A stretch of DNA of 52,036 nucleotides, filler included, from Jimgerdemannia flammicorona (Eukaryota): the NCBI GenBank assembly GCA_003990765.1. It is 2 parts of 2 records of this genome, joined end to end, with 100 filler letters (N's around TTAATTAATTAA, not from the genome) between each part and the next. Parts side by side here need not be neighbours in the genome. Positions count along the whole stretch, not along the records: positions 1 to 25,972 come from RBNJ01000772.1; 1 more part is not named here. The stretch is one strand, 5' to 3'. The notes beneath the pieces were generated by a model. The model ran no database searches. It was not told the DNA's origin and worked only from the letters and a program-made list of their open reading frames with translations. Positions 1-11,651 of this stretch are shown here, one piece after another. Position numbers and translations under genes: made by a program. Every line of letters starts with the position of its first letter. Position 1 is the first letter of the stretch.

Positions 1-30
<30 letters not shown>

Positions 31-33
<3 letters not shown>

Positions 34-3000
34 TGCATAGACCTTTTAATTGGATCAATACCTTGAGCTTACAAGAATAGAAGAAGATATCCAAGTCTAA
101 TTTACTACTATACTCCTCTGAGAAAATACAGCCATTTGGTAGTATAATCACATTATGACTATATCTATATACTCAAATATATGAATCAAAGATTGAGAAG
201 TCTTCAAGAGAGCCCTTTATAAGTAGTTCAAGTCTGCTAATGCTATCAAGCTAGCCAGAGACAAGCTAGTAAATATAAAGCAACTTAAGTATATGTAAAG
301 CTATATGTAATATACAATTCTGTCAATCTTACTCAAACTACCAGTGATAGCTAAGAATGAAAAGATAGACCCCTATGTCTGAGGTCTGAAGGGAAATATA
401 CAAGTCAAGGTTGAGCTAGAAGAGCCACAAAGCCTTGATAAAGCCATTAGAATTGCTGATATATTTGATGTCATCACCTTTGGCAACTACTTTGAACTAG
501 AATATTATAAGAAAAACTACTTTGAGAACTACTACAGAAACCAACCAAGGACAGTTGGTCCAGTATCAATAGATTTGGATACTATAAACAAAAAGAGCAC
601 CAAGCTTACCTCTGAAGAAAAGGACTACCTGAAGAAATCTGGAGTCTGTTTCTTCTATTGTCAAACAGAACATATTGCAACCAAATATCTTAAGAAGACT
701 AGTAAACCTTCTAAACTAGTTACTGTATTGTCCAAAGATATATTTATTAATTCTACTACTAGTCAATCTAAGCTCAAGATCAAGAAGTTTCATCTGAAGG
801 CCCAGGCTCCTCAATATCAAATAGAAGGAGTCATTGATCTTGATCTATACTCTGTCAAACAAGTCACTATTCCAGCTAAGGGCTAAACTCTGGTACCTAC
901 TGGAATTGCAGTCCAATGTCCTGAAGGATATTATGTTAGAATTGTACTATGATCAGGACTCAGTGTCAAATATTATTTAGATATAGGTGCTAGTGTTATT
1001 GACCCAGACTTTTGAGGACAAGTTTAAGTCCTGCTTATTAATTAGAAGAATTAAGACTACATGGTCAAAAAAGGAGACCAAGTCATGCAAATGATCCTAG
1101 AAAAAGCTAGTTAATCCAAGATTACAGAAGTCCAAGAGCTCACTAAAACTAAATAAGATTAAAAGAAGTTTAATAGTACTGATCAAGCAGTAAGTCTTAC
1201 TGAAAATTGAGCTCAAGCTATGTTCATTTTCAAAGACCTAGTCAAAGAAAAAGAAGTTTAAGTACTCAAAGACAGCAAAGCTGCAGAGAACTTCATTAAT
1301 CAGAATCTCATTGAAAGTCTCAAGATTCTCACTAAGTTTGTATTTAAGAATAATAGTATAGTTACTACAGATAGTATACTGCACCCCATTGAGTCAATTG
1401 CCACCAAACTATCTATCAAAATTCAGAAATATTGAGAATAAGTAAATCTCAAGATTGCACTACTAAGAGATTATGACCTGATCCTAGGAAAACCCTGACT
1501 TATAAAATACAATCCAGACATCGATTGATATAAGAATGAAGTTACCTTACTTTAAGATGGAGTCAATATCACTATCAAGATAGACAAGACCATGAGCAAG
1601 ACTCAGATTGCAACACTATTAGCCATATAGTACAAGAAAGTACTCAAAAAGGTAATGTATATCTTTGTTGCAATAGTTTGTCTCAAGAAACAAGATCAGA
1701 AACTATCAGTCAATAAAAGCATCAAGTTACTACTAGAAGAATTTAAAGATGTCTTTCCAGACAAACTATCTGGTCTACTGTCTATATGAGAAGTTGATTA
1801 TGAAATCAAACTGACCCCAGAAGCTATATTACCTAAGAAATACATATACTATATATCACTACTTAAAATTGAAGTAGTCAAGAAGAAACTAGAAGAACTA
1901 CTTACATAAAGAGCCATTCAGCCAAGCAAATCTCCCTATGGCTCACTAGTCTTATTTATCAAGAAGAAGAATGATACCCTATAAAAATGTATAGACTACT
2001 GTATGCTTAACAAATTCACTGTTAACAACTACTATCTACTACTCTTGATTGATCAAATCTTTGATACTCTCAAGAATGCTAAATATTTCACCAAGTTAGA
2101 CCTTATGTCAGAATACTACCAGATCTGAATCAAGTTAGAAGATATTCCCAAGACTGTATTTATGACCTTCTTTAGACTCTATAAATTCCTAGTCTTAGCA
2201 TTTGGCCTCACCAACACACCTGCCACATTCCAGATCTTGATGAATAAGATATTCAAAGACCAACTATTCATTTTCCTATTGATATATCTTGATGATATCC
2301 TGATCTTTAGTGTAATTAAAGAAGAACACCTTGAATACATTTGAATAGTTCTGGAGATTCTGTGAAAATACAAGCTTTATACTAAGCTTAAGAAGTACAA
2401 ATTCTTTAAAGAATAAGCTAAATATCTTAGCTATATTATCTCTATATAAGGAATTCAAGTAGACCTATATAAGATAGAGACAATCCAAAAATAGCCCATT
2501 TTGTCAAACCTTACAGAACTCTGATCCTTTCTTGGTCTAGCTAACTACTATCATTACTTTATCAGAAACTTCTCTAATATTGCTGAGCTACTGACTAACC
2601 TCATGAGAAAGGCCCTGCACTTAGATCACTATATATCCTACACCTGAGATCTCTTTTGTCAATAAGCTTTCTAAGAACTCAAAAATCATCTGACCCATAC
2701 TCTAGTTCTATATAATGCAGATCAAAGTCTAAAATTTACAATCACTACTGATATATTGAATTTTATCATTGGAGCAGTTCTGTTATAAGATGATAGCAAA
2801 GAATATTGCTCTATTGCTTTTGAGTACTATAAGCTGGCCCTGACTGAACAAAAGCTAGCTACCTATAAGAAGAAATTACTAGCAATAATATATATACTAG
2901 ACCACTGGTAATACTATCTAGAAGGTATTGAGTTTGATGTCATTACTAATCATCAATCTCTCAAATACATCAATACTCAATCTACTCAATCTGATGATTA

Positions 3001-3680
3001 TCTATAAGCCTGATAAGATACTTATAGTATTAGATACCTTATTGAGATACTTAGACTTTATCACAATTATACAAGTTATCTTGATATCAGAATTTCTAGA
3101 CCCAATTAGGTAAGCTTATAAAAAGACACAGTTACCACTAGAATTCTCTTGAATGAGCTTAAGGATATATATACTATTGAAAACAATCTAATCTATCATT
3201 AAGACTAAGTCTATCTATCTAAAAATATAAACTTATATTATAAGATTTTGTAAGAACACTATGACTTCCCTCTTACTAGTTATCTTGGAATTGAGAAGAC
3301 TATCAAGAATATCCAATACTACTATTATTGGCCAAGTATGGTTAAAGAAATCAAGAACTATATTACTAGTTATAATCTATATCAGTATAATAAGTCTATT
3401 AATTAAGCATTAGCTGGTTTGCTATATTTACTACTAATTCTCATCAAGAAATTTGAGTAAGTTACAATGGACTTTGTAACTCAACTGCTACAAACTCAAT
3501 CTGGTATTAATACTATTATTGTATTTATTGACCATTTGACTAAGACTATAGTTATTAAATCAACTACTACTAATACTATTATACCTAAGATTATAAGAAT
3601 CTTCTTTAAGTCTATCTTTTATCACTATGATCTGCTATAAGTAATTATCAGTGATCATGACTCCAAGTTTACTAATAAGA
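31..3680 (+). mobile_element. Degenerate Ty3/Gypsy LTR retrotransposon internal region (gag-dUTPase-protease-RT-RNaseH-integrase), truncated at both ends
   Basis: Decayed zinc knuckle GVCFFYCQTEHIATKYL (~640-690); protease VLKDSKAAENFI (~1262-1300, DSG decayed to DSK); RT FGLTNTPATFQ and IYLDDILIF (YLDD at 2285); RNase H ITTDILNFIIGAVL (~2740); integrase VTMDFVTQL (~3460) and IISDHDSKF (~3645). Many in-frame stops. Confidence 0.95.
770..1185 (+). pseudogene. dUTPase domain inside Gypsy element 1
   Basis: Reading through stops in the 575 frame: KLKIKK...IDLDLYS...LVPTGIAVQCPEGYYVRIVL*SGLS...SVIDPDF*GQV...KGDQVMQMILEK...KKFNSTD. These are decayed trimeric dUTPase motifs I-V (AGxDL, RSG, GVIDxDYRG, GDRIAQ, RGxxGFGSTG). 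Confidence 0.9.
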
Positions 3681-4029
3681 GAGATTAAAATAAGTATTAT
3701 TATATAAAAGAATTAATTTAAATTTGAAATAATTTTTTTTTTTTTTTTTTGCTAATTTGGTTGTGATATAGTTTAAGAGATAAAATAGTAAAGTTAGATA
3801 ATATGTTCTAATTAAGCAGTTATCAATTTGATTATTGCCCTCTTGGTTGGGTCGCTTATCCTCGTGACGTCATCTCCGACGTCATCGCCAGAAACGTCAT
3901 CTCTGCACGTGAATCGTTATTAGCCTAGGCAATTGACACATGGGAATGAAACCTTAAGATGTGTGCATGACCAGCATACGTAACCCACTTGTTTTTTTTC
4001 CAGTATCACTTGACAGCCCTTCAATCGTT

Positions 4030-4190
4030 CGTCCGCCTCAGCTCAATGGCATTCGTCTCAATCGTCTATCTCAATTGTCCATCTCATCTTAATCGTCCAT
4101 CTCAATTGACTATGTCTCAATCATCCAACACAATCATCTGTCCGTCAATTGTCCTTCTCAATCGTTCGTCTCAATCGTCCGTCTCACCAA
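4030..4190. repeat. Degenerate ~13-nt tandem repeat (consensus about CTCAATCGTCCAT, ~11 copies)
   Basis: Seen directly: gtctcaatcgtctatctcaattgtccatctca...ctcaatcgttcgtctcaatcgtccgtctca. Confidence 0.7.
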
Positions 4191-4526
4191 CGTATTCCGC
4201 CTATCGTCGGAGTTGCCACCTGTATTCAGTCTTATTTTATTGACTTTTTTTTTTCATTTATCGCTGATCATCAGACCTGATTTCAGTAAACCTCATAGAA
4301 TTGAATTAATCCCGGTAGGATTAATAGTCACAAAATGAAGTCACATAAAATTTCCCCTGTACCCTGGTGTACCCTGTTCAGCTGAAAACCCCAATAAACC
4401 CCAATAAACCCCAATAAACAGATTAAACTGAACCCACTGATTTGATTGGCGCTTCAAACTATATTTCCATTCATCGCAAATTCCGTGAGAAGACCGCCGC
4501 TTGCTTTCGCTCCAGCTCCATTCACT

Positions 4527-7182
4527 ATGCGCCAACAAAACCCAAGAAACTTCTCCTACGATAAATCTGTCCGCCATCCCGTCACCTTCACCGATCCAAA
4601 AGGTAATAGGATCCAGCTCAAAGTCATTAGCGACACTGTGGTGCGTGTTCTCCACACGGCCCCGAACCAATTCGACTACACCTTAGCCGACGACAACACT
4701 CCCCCCGTCTTTAATGCGCACGTCGAAGATGGCGAGAAGAGACTCGTCCTCGAGACGGGCGCGCTGCGCGCTGTCATCAATTTCAATAAGGGATTGGATA
4801 TTGCGTGGTACCCACGGGCCCACCCTGGCAGCCCACCGCTGCTAGAAGACCTACCGAACCGTGCGTATCCCGCGGACCCGGCCACGGGCGCCGTATGGCA
4901 CTACCTGAAGCAGCGTCCGGACGACGCGTATTACGGTCTTGGGGAGCGCACCGGAGATCTGAATATCAAGGGCCGCAGGTTTAGGCTTGAGCGCCTGGAT
5001 TGCATGGGCTACGACGCGGAAAAGACGGATCCCCTCTACAAGTTCTCTCCGTTCTACATAACGTTATCGAAGGACACTGGGTTGGCCCATGGGATCTACT
5101 ACAATAACATATCGAAAACTACGGTGGATCTGGGAAACGAAATTGACGCGGTGGGTATATGCGAGTGGCTTTTTACCAGTGGATACGGTACTTGCCCCAA
5201 CATTTCATGTTGACTTATTGCTATTTTTCCCTACTTCCAGCTGTGGGGCCCCTACCGCTACTACCACGCCGAAGCAGGCCCCCTTGACTACTACATCATC
5301 TTCGGCCCTTCCGTCCAAAACGTAATCGAAGGATTTTCCTCCCTAGTAGGCAAGCCGGAGCATCTGCCTCCGCGGTACTCGTTCGGCTACCTTGCTTCCG
5401 CCATGGGCTACGCCGAAGCGGAAAACGCGCAGGAGCTCCTCGAAAACTTCCCCGAACGCTGCCGCCGGCACGAAATCCCCTGCGATGGTCTCCACCTATC
5501 GTCGGGCTACACTGTCACTGAGGACCGCAAGGTGCGCTGCGTTTTCACCTGGAACACGAAGAGATTCCCTGACGCTAAGCTCCTGATGGCGAATCTCAAA
5601 GATGCCGGTATCCACGTCTTCGCCAACATTAAGCCCTGGCTTCTCGAAACCCACCCGTACTACGGTGAACTCAAGAAGCTCAAGGGCTACATCTGGAATG
5701 ACGAGGACGACGTACCGGGTGAGGTAATGCAGTGGAGTGCTGGCGCCGGCGAGTCCGCGAATTGCGCCTACGTCGATTTCACGAGCCAGGAGGGCTTCGA
5801 CTGGTGGAAGCGAAATGTGAAGAACCAGCTACTCGACTACGGCCTGGCGGGGATGTGGAATGACAATAACGAATTCACCATGCTCGACGACTCCTTTTCG
5901 TTCGCGAACCAGGTCAAGCCCGCTGCAGACTTACATCGACCGCTCCCCTCTCGCCGAATGGAATCGGGTCGGGTCGGTACACCGTTGCAAACCCTACTGA
6001 TGGCGCAGGCCTCATACGAGGCCATGCTTGAACACGCACCTGGCCGGCGGCCTTTCGTGATTACGCGTTCGGCGACACCGCTCATTCACAGGTACGTCGC
6101 GCAGACCTGGAGTGGCGACAATTTCACCAATTGGAAGACTGTCAAGTTCAATATCCCGATGGGTATCTCTTCCGGGCTCTCCATTTTCCCCGGAGGCTAT
6201 GGACACGACGTAGGTGGTTTCGCGGGCCCTAAACCGGACCCAGAGCTTTTCGTGCGCTGGGTGCAGAACGGGATCTTCAATCCGAGGTTCTGCATCCATT
6301 CGTGGAATTCCGATAACACTGTCACCGAACCATGGATGGTAGGTTGAAACTCTATCGACAGCCCATTACGAGCTCCTCCACATCACGAGTTAATCATTTC
6401 CTATTTAAACGATGTACGTCCAGTATCCCTCCGTCCTTCCAACGATCCGCTCCTCCATCCAATTTCGCTATCGCCTCATCCCTTACATCTACTCCCTCTA
6501 TGTCGAGTTCCACCGCACCGGACACCCGATCCTCCGGCCACTCTTCTACCACTTTCAACACGACCGGGCCACATACGACCAATCCTTTGACTTCATGCTC
6601 GGGCCTTCCTTACTCGTCGCTTCCGTCTTCGAACCGGGTGTCACCTCCCGCAAAGTTTACCTGCCGAGGGACTCCAACTGGTACCATTTCCAAACCGGTC
6701 GCTATTGCCCGGGCGGGCAAGAAGTCGAGCTTTCTGCCCCGCTCGAGGACTCGCACTCGCCGTTCCTGGTGCTCGAGGGCTCGCTCCTCCCATTCGGCGG
6801 GGAGGTCAGGCGTCATGTGGGCGAGGGGCCGGACGACGAGCGGGTTGTGCGGGTGTACCCAACGCGCAGCCATAGTGGCGGCGCGGAGCAGCATCATGAG
6901 ACGAGGTTCGAGGTGACGCTAGTCGAGGACGACGGCGTGTCGACGGCCCACACGGAGAAGGGCGAGTACGCCGAGTTGAAAGTGTGGGCGACGTGCGACG
7001 CGGAAACAATCAGGGTAGGCGTAGACATCGTGCACGCCCAGTATCGGCCTGAATATGACCGCGTGTGGTTCGTTGTCGCCGTAGATGGCGAGACGAGGAG
7101 GCTGGTCGCCGCGGCCTGCGGGGCCGAGACCAGGGTGGACGCACAGGGGAGGACCATGGTCGGTGTGCCTCTGGGGTTGTAA
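4527..7182 (+). CDS. Glycoside hydrolase family 31 (alpha-glucosidase-like), ~826 aa; exons 4527-5150, 5241-6338, 6424-7182
   Basis: Three ORFs join in frame through phase-0 GT..AG introns (5151-5240, 6339-6423). GH31 motifs: YGLGE, DPLYK, nucleophile motif WNDNNE, acid/base WSGDN, GHDVGGF, PELFVRW, FMLGPSLLVA, VYLP. ATG 4527 chosen over the upstream TTG of the ORF track. Confidence 0.93.
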
Positions 7183-7841
7183 AATTCACTCCATTCAAAT
7201 CTGTATCTAGGTGGGAACTCGCACACTGTGCCCGTAATTGAGTTCTCAAATGATGGTAATGTTGGAAATGAAAGCTTGTCGTTCCGAATTGTCTTAATTC
7301 ACCGTTGTCATCAGCATTATCAAGATTGGTAAGAATAAGAGAAAATAGCCAGCACTTATAACAGTACCTGTTAAAGAACCTTTTTCTGGAATACGGCGAA
7401 GCTCAAACATGTCTGCATCGTTTCTTAATCCTTGCGATAGCATTTACGTGTCGCACCAAAGTAAAGAGGTCTATTCACATTTTCCATCACACCACAAAAT
7501 GTATTTGACTTGGTCATTTTCGCATCTGATACAACGGCGTTTATGGGTGTTACCCACTCGTTTCTGTAAAGGGGATGTTCATCTTCACATTATGGAATCC
7601 AAAAAACAATCTCGTTTATGCAAATAAAAATAAAGGGATGGCATCGTCACATTATGGAATCCAAGATGTAAAGGTGTTTATGTGTGTTACAGGCTCGTTT
7701 CCACAACGGGGACAAATATTATTTATAGCAGATGACTTGTAATTGGACGATATCAATCGTCATACCTGGCACACATCGTCCGTAGCCAGCTAGGTATAAG
7801 CAATAACACCCCTCATCACCCAACGTCCGTCTCTTTCCGAA

Positions 7842-10477
7842 ATGTCCTTTCAAGACCCAAATGTCGAAAAGCGCCTCAACGCACTACTCCCGCTCCTCAA
7901 GCCCTTCAATCGCCTGCGTCCTACCAATCGAAACCGGATAAACGTGTGGAAAGTCGAGTTCCCGGACCCTGGTAACACCATTCTAACGCATTTGAAGAGA
8001 TTGGGCGTGGAGCAGCTGGAGAATCATGTATTCTGGCTCCCTCCTAGCCGGTTCACCAAGTTCGAAAAGCTGGCAGATGGTGGATTTGCGTCGGTGTGGG
8101 CTGGCACGGTTGAGAATAAGCACACCAAAGTCCATGAAGGGAACCGCACTACGACTTTTGCTTTGAAAGAATTAAAAGCGGCAATGGTACCCGAGGTGTG
8201 CAATGTTCTTCTTACCGATATTTTTGCGCAATTTTGTTATTCGTATAATTAGCTAAAACTTTCGCAATTTTCAGTTGGTCTTGAATGTTCTTTTCAACGA
8301 CAACGGAACGTTTTACTTCCCAACCATCCCAGTCGTTGGCCTATCTCAGCATCCTCAGACGCAACAATACCTGATGGTGATGTGGTTGGCCACGAACGGT
8401 ACTCTCGAGAATATGAAACTTCAGGGCCAGAACAACTGGTCTGACGTCGCCACCGTGGCTCGCCGACTCGCTGCCAACCTGGCCGATCTTCATGAGTGCG
8501 GCTTCAGCCACCGTGACCTGCATCCCGGCAACCTTGCGTTCCTTGATTCCTTGGTCGAACCATTCCTGATCGATGTCGGCCTCGCGCAGTCAGTCGAGGA
8601 TGACAACGAATGCGGCGGGGTCTACGGCCGTCTTCCATATCTTGCGCCAGAGGCCATGACCGGCCACGGGCAGACCCAAGCGTCCGATGTCTACGGATTT
8701 TCCACCTTGCTGTGGCAGTTCGTTGTGGGTGTCCAACCGCGATTGTGCGCCTCTCAAGCCATCAGATTTTTTCCGGAAAAATTGCGTGAGGAGCTGGTCC
8801 CGGGCGCCCCGCCACAGTTCAATAATATTCTCCGGAAATGCTGGAACCCTGACCCGGAAAAGCGGCCAACAATGGCGGAAGTCGAGCAGCTGATGTCCCA
8901 GTGGTTCAAACAGAGCGGCAAGCTTTACGAGAACAAATTCACGCCAGAGACGTTGGCATTCATCGCGCGACGGCGATCCGAGTTTCAGCTGCAGGAATCT
9001 GAAAAAACCGAATGGAGCATGTGCGAAGGAAAATCGTCATCCAAGTATTTTACGGTGGTGCACCACAAGAGCCAGTTCCACTCGAAAGAGATGCTCCATG
9101 CCGTTTCTCGAGACATGTCTTTTACTACTCTCCCAGAATATAAAGAATTTGGTATGTAATTTATAATCAGACGATAGTGCATGGTTTCAATACACGTTGT
9201 TGACATTTGGAAATTCTCTCATGTTTCTTCCACGCCATAAGCCTCACGCAGTCTTGATCTGTCCCAAGTAAACCTTGAGGCGATTAATGCTCTTGATAAA
9301 CAAGGTAGGAATTGTTTGCCGAGTATCAAACATCAACCCTGACTCCGGGATGCACGCTGTTAAGGTTTCACATGCACCCAATCATTTCGCGCCTTCACAC
9401 AGATGATTCTGAATTAATTACTGCGGCGCCTGATATACAAGGTGAGTATGGTATGCCCTCCGGTTATTAAAGTTGACGCTGCAAAAATTCACCCTGCTGA
9501 CCTCTCAAATCAATCACCGCATTTCGATTCAAAGATCCCTATCCCGTCACAATTCCATCGGTGAAAATCTCGATAGTTGATTCGGAGAAATCGGAGCCTT
9601 CCTCTGGAATGGAAATCGGAGACATCGTTGATTTTGGTGTCCCGTTATCGCTGAGGCACAGGACAACTGGACGGTATTTAGCTGTTCTGGCCGACGATTC
9701 AAACTCGCTTAAGGTGAGGCCTGAAATAAGGAAGAGTAGAAGACCTCTAGGATGTAAACTCTCAGTTTCTAGCCACGATGAAACAGAATGCTCGACATTT
9801 CGGATTTCACGTCGTTATACGCAATGAGTTAGATTCGACGCTTGCCTGGTCCGCTCCTATCACAATGGCTGACCATAAATCTAATTCTTCAGGTTTGCAC
9901 CGCCGTCGACCCCCACACTTGGGTTGTCAATCTAGCCTGGAATAACTCGAATACCCCCCAAGTTCAGAACCACCATTGGACCAACGGAAGCCGAACTTGT
10001 TTCACCCACGTAGCCTCAGGGTTGACCTTGTGCGAGGAGCCCGGTCGCCTATCCCCCATTACAGGCCAGCAGGAGATCACCTGCAAACGGCTCTCGCGCT
10101 CCTCTCGCGCGAACCCGAAGGAATTGGCGGTGTTCGCGCCTCAGCCCTCGTACCGGAGGCCAACGGAGAAGGTCCCAGTGGGCGGGGACGTAATCAGATT
10201 CGGTGACAGTTGCATTTTCCGCACGTCCGAGCATCTGCACCTGCACAGCCATGCGAACAAACTATCAAACGGATGTAATGAGGTCATTATCGAATTATTT
10301 TTAGTTTGAGTTTGTTTAAAGGTTTCGTTGTGAAGGTCATAGTGTCCAAAGGTTACATGCCAAATAATGACAATTTCGTCCTTTTTCCAGGTCTCTGCGT
10401 TAAACAAACGCGATGATGTGAATGATGAATGGGTATATAGATTTGTTTATTCTAAAGCGCAGCATTTTCCCCTCGCT

Positions 10478-10539
<62 letters not shown>

Positions 10540-10697
10540 CCTCTTTTACTAATGTAGACCTATCTATTTCTTTGCAGACCATCCTTCCCGAGGTGGGGAG
10601 GATGATGCAAGGCAACCAAGGCTATTCTCACCCCAAGATCCTCACACTATGGGCAAGGGTTTCAAAGTGGCTGAACATAGTGCTAGGAAGGAACTAA
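7842..10697 (+). CDS. Tyrosine-kinase-like protein kinase with C-terminal MIR (beta-trefoil) domains; inferred exons 7842-8195, 8275-9151, 9242-9304, 9403-9441, 9535-9713, 9893-10282, 10391-10432, 10578-10697
   Basis: Kinase motifs ADGGFASV, FALKEL, HRDLHPGN, IDVGL, YLAPE, SDVYGFS, KCWNPDPEKRPT. All inferred GT..AG junctions keep the frame. MIR-like motifs LRHRTTGRYL, FTHVASGLTL...SPITGQQEITC, HLHSH...NEVSAL...DDVNDEW. The small exons are less certain. Confidence 0.82.
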
Positions 10698-11651
10698 AGT
10701 ATCATTCCTCGGTTATATAAATACCAAATATTCGAAAGCCCGGTAATATGGGTATCCGGGGGTTGAATCCGCGCAGTGTGGCTCCACGTAGTACGTACTT
10801 CAAATAACCCATTTCAGCTTTGATAATAAACTCAAATAAACATTGCCATATTACAACGTTGGCTTGCTGTACTATTTCTATTTATTGCTAAAAGTTTTCG
10901 AATACATCTGTCGCCGTGGCTCACGATCTAATACCTGTGGAAGTTATAGCCATCCTTTCTATACTCTAAATGGTTATTAGGCGCTCTTATTTTAAAACAG
11001 CTTTCTATGACATGGTAGGAGTTTTGACAAGTCAAAACGTTCCGTATTCCATATGAAAGCATTTAACGAAGTTGTCTTTTCTGTTCTCGGGCGGTCGTAC
11101 TCTTGGCGGCGGATGTCATCATATCAATATCCCCCGGGCAACGGCCGTGACATACTTGACAGGTATATGTATCGTCACGTAAGCGTGTCAATGCATCAAT
11201 CAATGCAGAGGAGGAGCTATCAACGAGTGCGAACAGGCCAACTGACTAGCAAACACGCGCGCTTATCATTCGCTTGCCTTGTCAAGACGAACTTCTGTGT
11301 TGTTCTTTGTTAGACACCATAACCTAGCCACAGGCAGCGTCGGTGGAAACTCAAACGACGTGATGTCGCCTCTCTGACCACGGACAATGCCGGATGCCAT
11401 CGGTCTAATTTAGTGGCATATTCGTCACTGCAAAGCGTCAATACGATGTCAGAGTGTCCTTTATGCTTGGCCGTTATTGTGCCGAAGTCGTCTGCGTAGA
11501 TGACATGCCGGAAGTTGGCGTACGGCGAGCTGCGCATGGATATCTTTTGGATTCCTGCCGGAAGTCGATGATGGCCCAGTGTTTCAGCGGTATGTTCGAG
11601 CTATTTAGCTAAATAGAAATCTGATATTATTTAAAAAAGAGTTAGGGTTAG

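Noticed and set aside
31..3680. Stop-codon reassignment to explain the many in-frame TGA/TAA/TAG
   Set aside because: All three stops occur at positions explained by C-to-T transitions, and host genes read normally with the standard code.
5837..7249. Antisense and overlapping ORFs over GH31 (similar ones over the Ras and ankyrin genes)
   Set aside because: Shadow ORFs of GC-rich coding sequence with no motifs.
10367..10615. Poly-Phe / poly-Lys ORFs
   Set aside because: Translation of an intronic poly-T tract.
11641..11651. Telomere-like GTTAGGGTTAG at the mini-Copia target
   Set aside because: Under two units long and likely chance.
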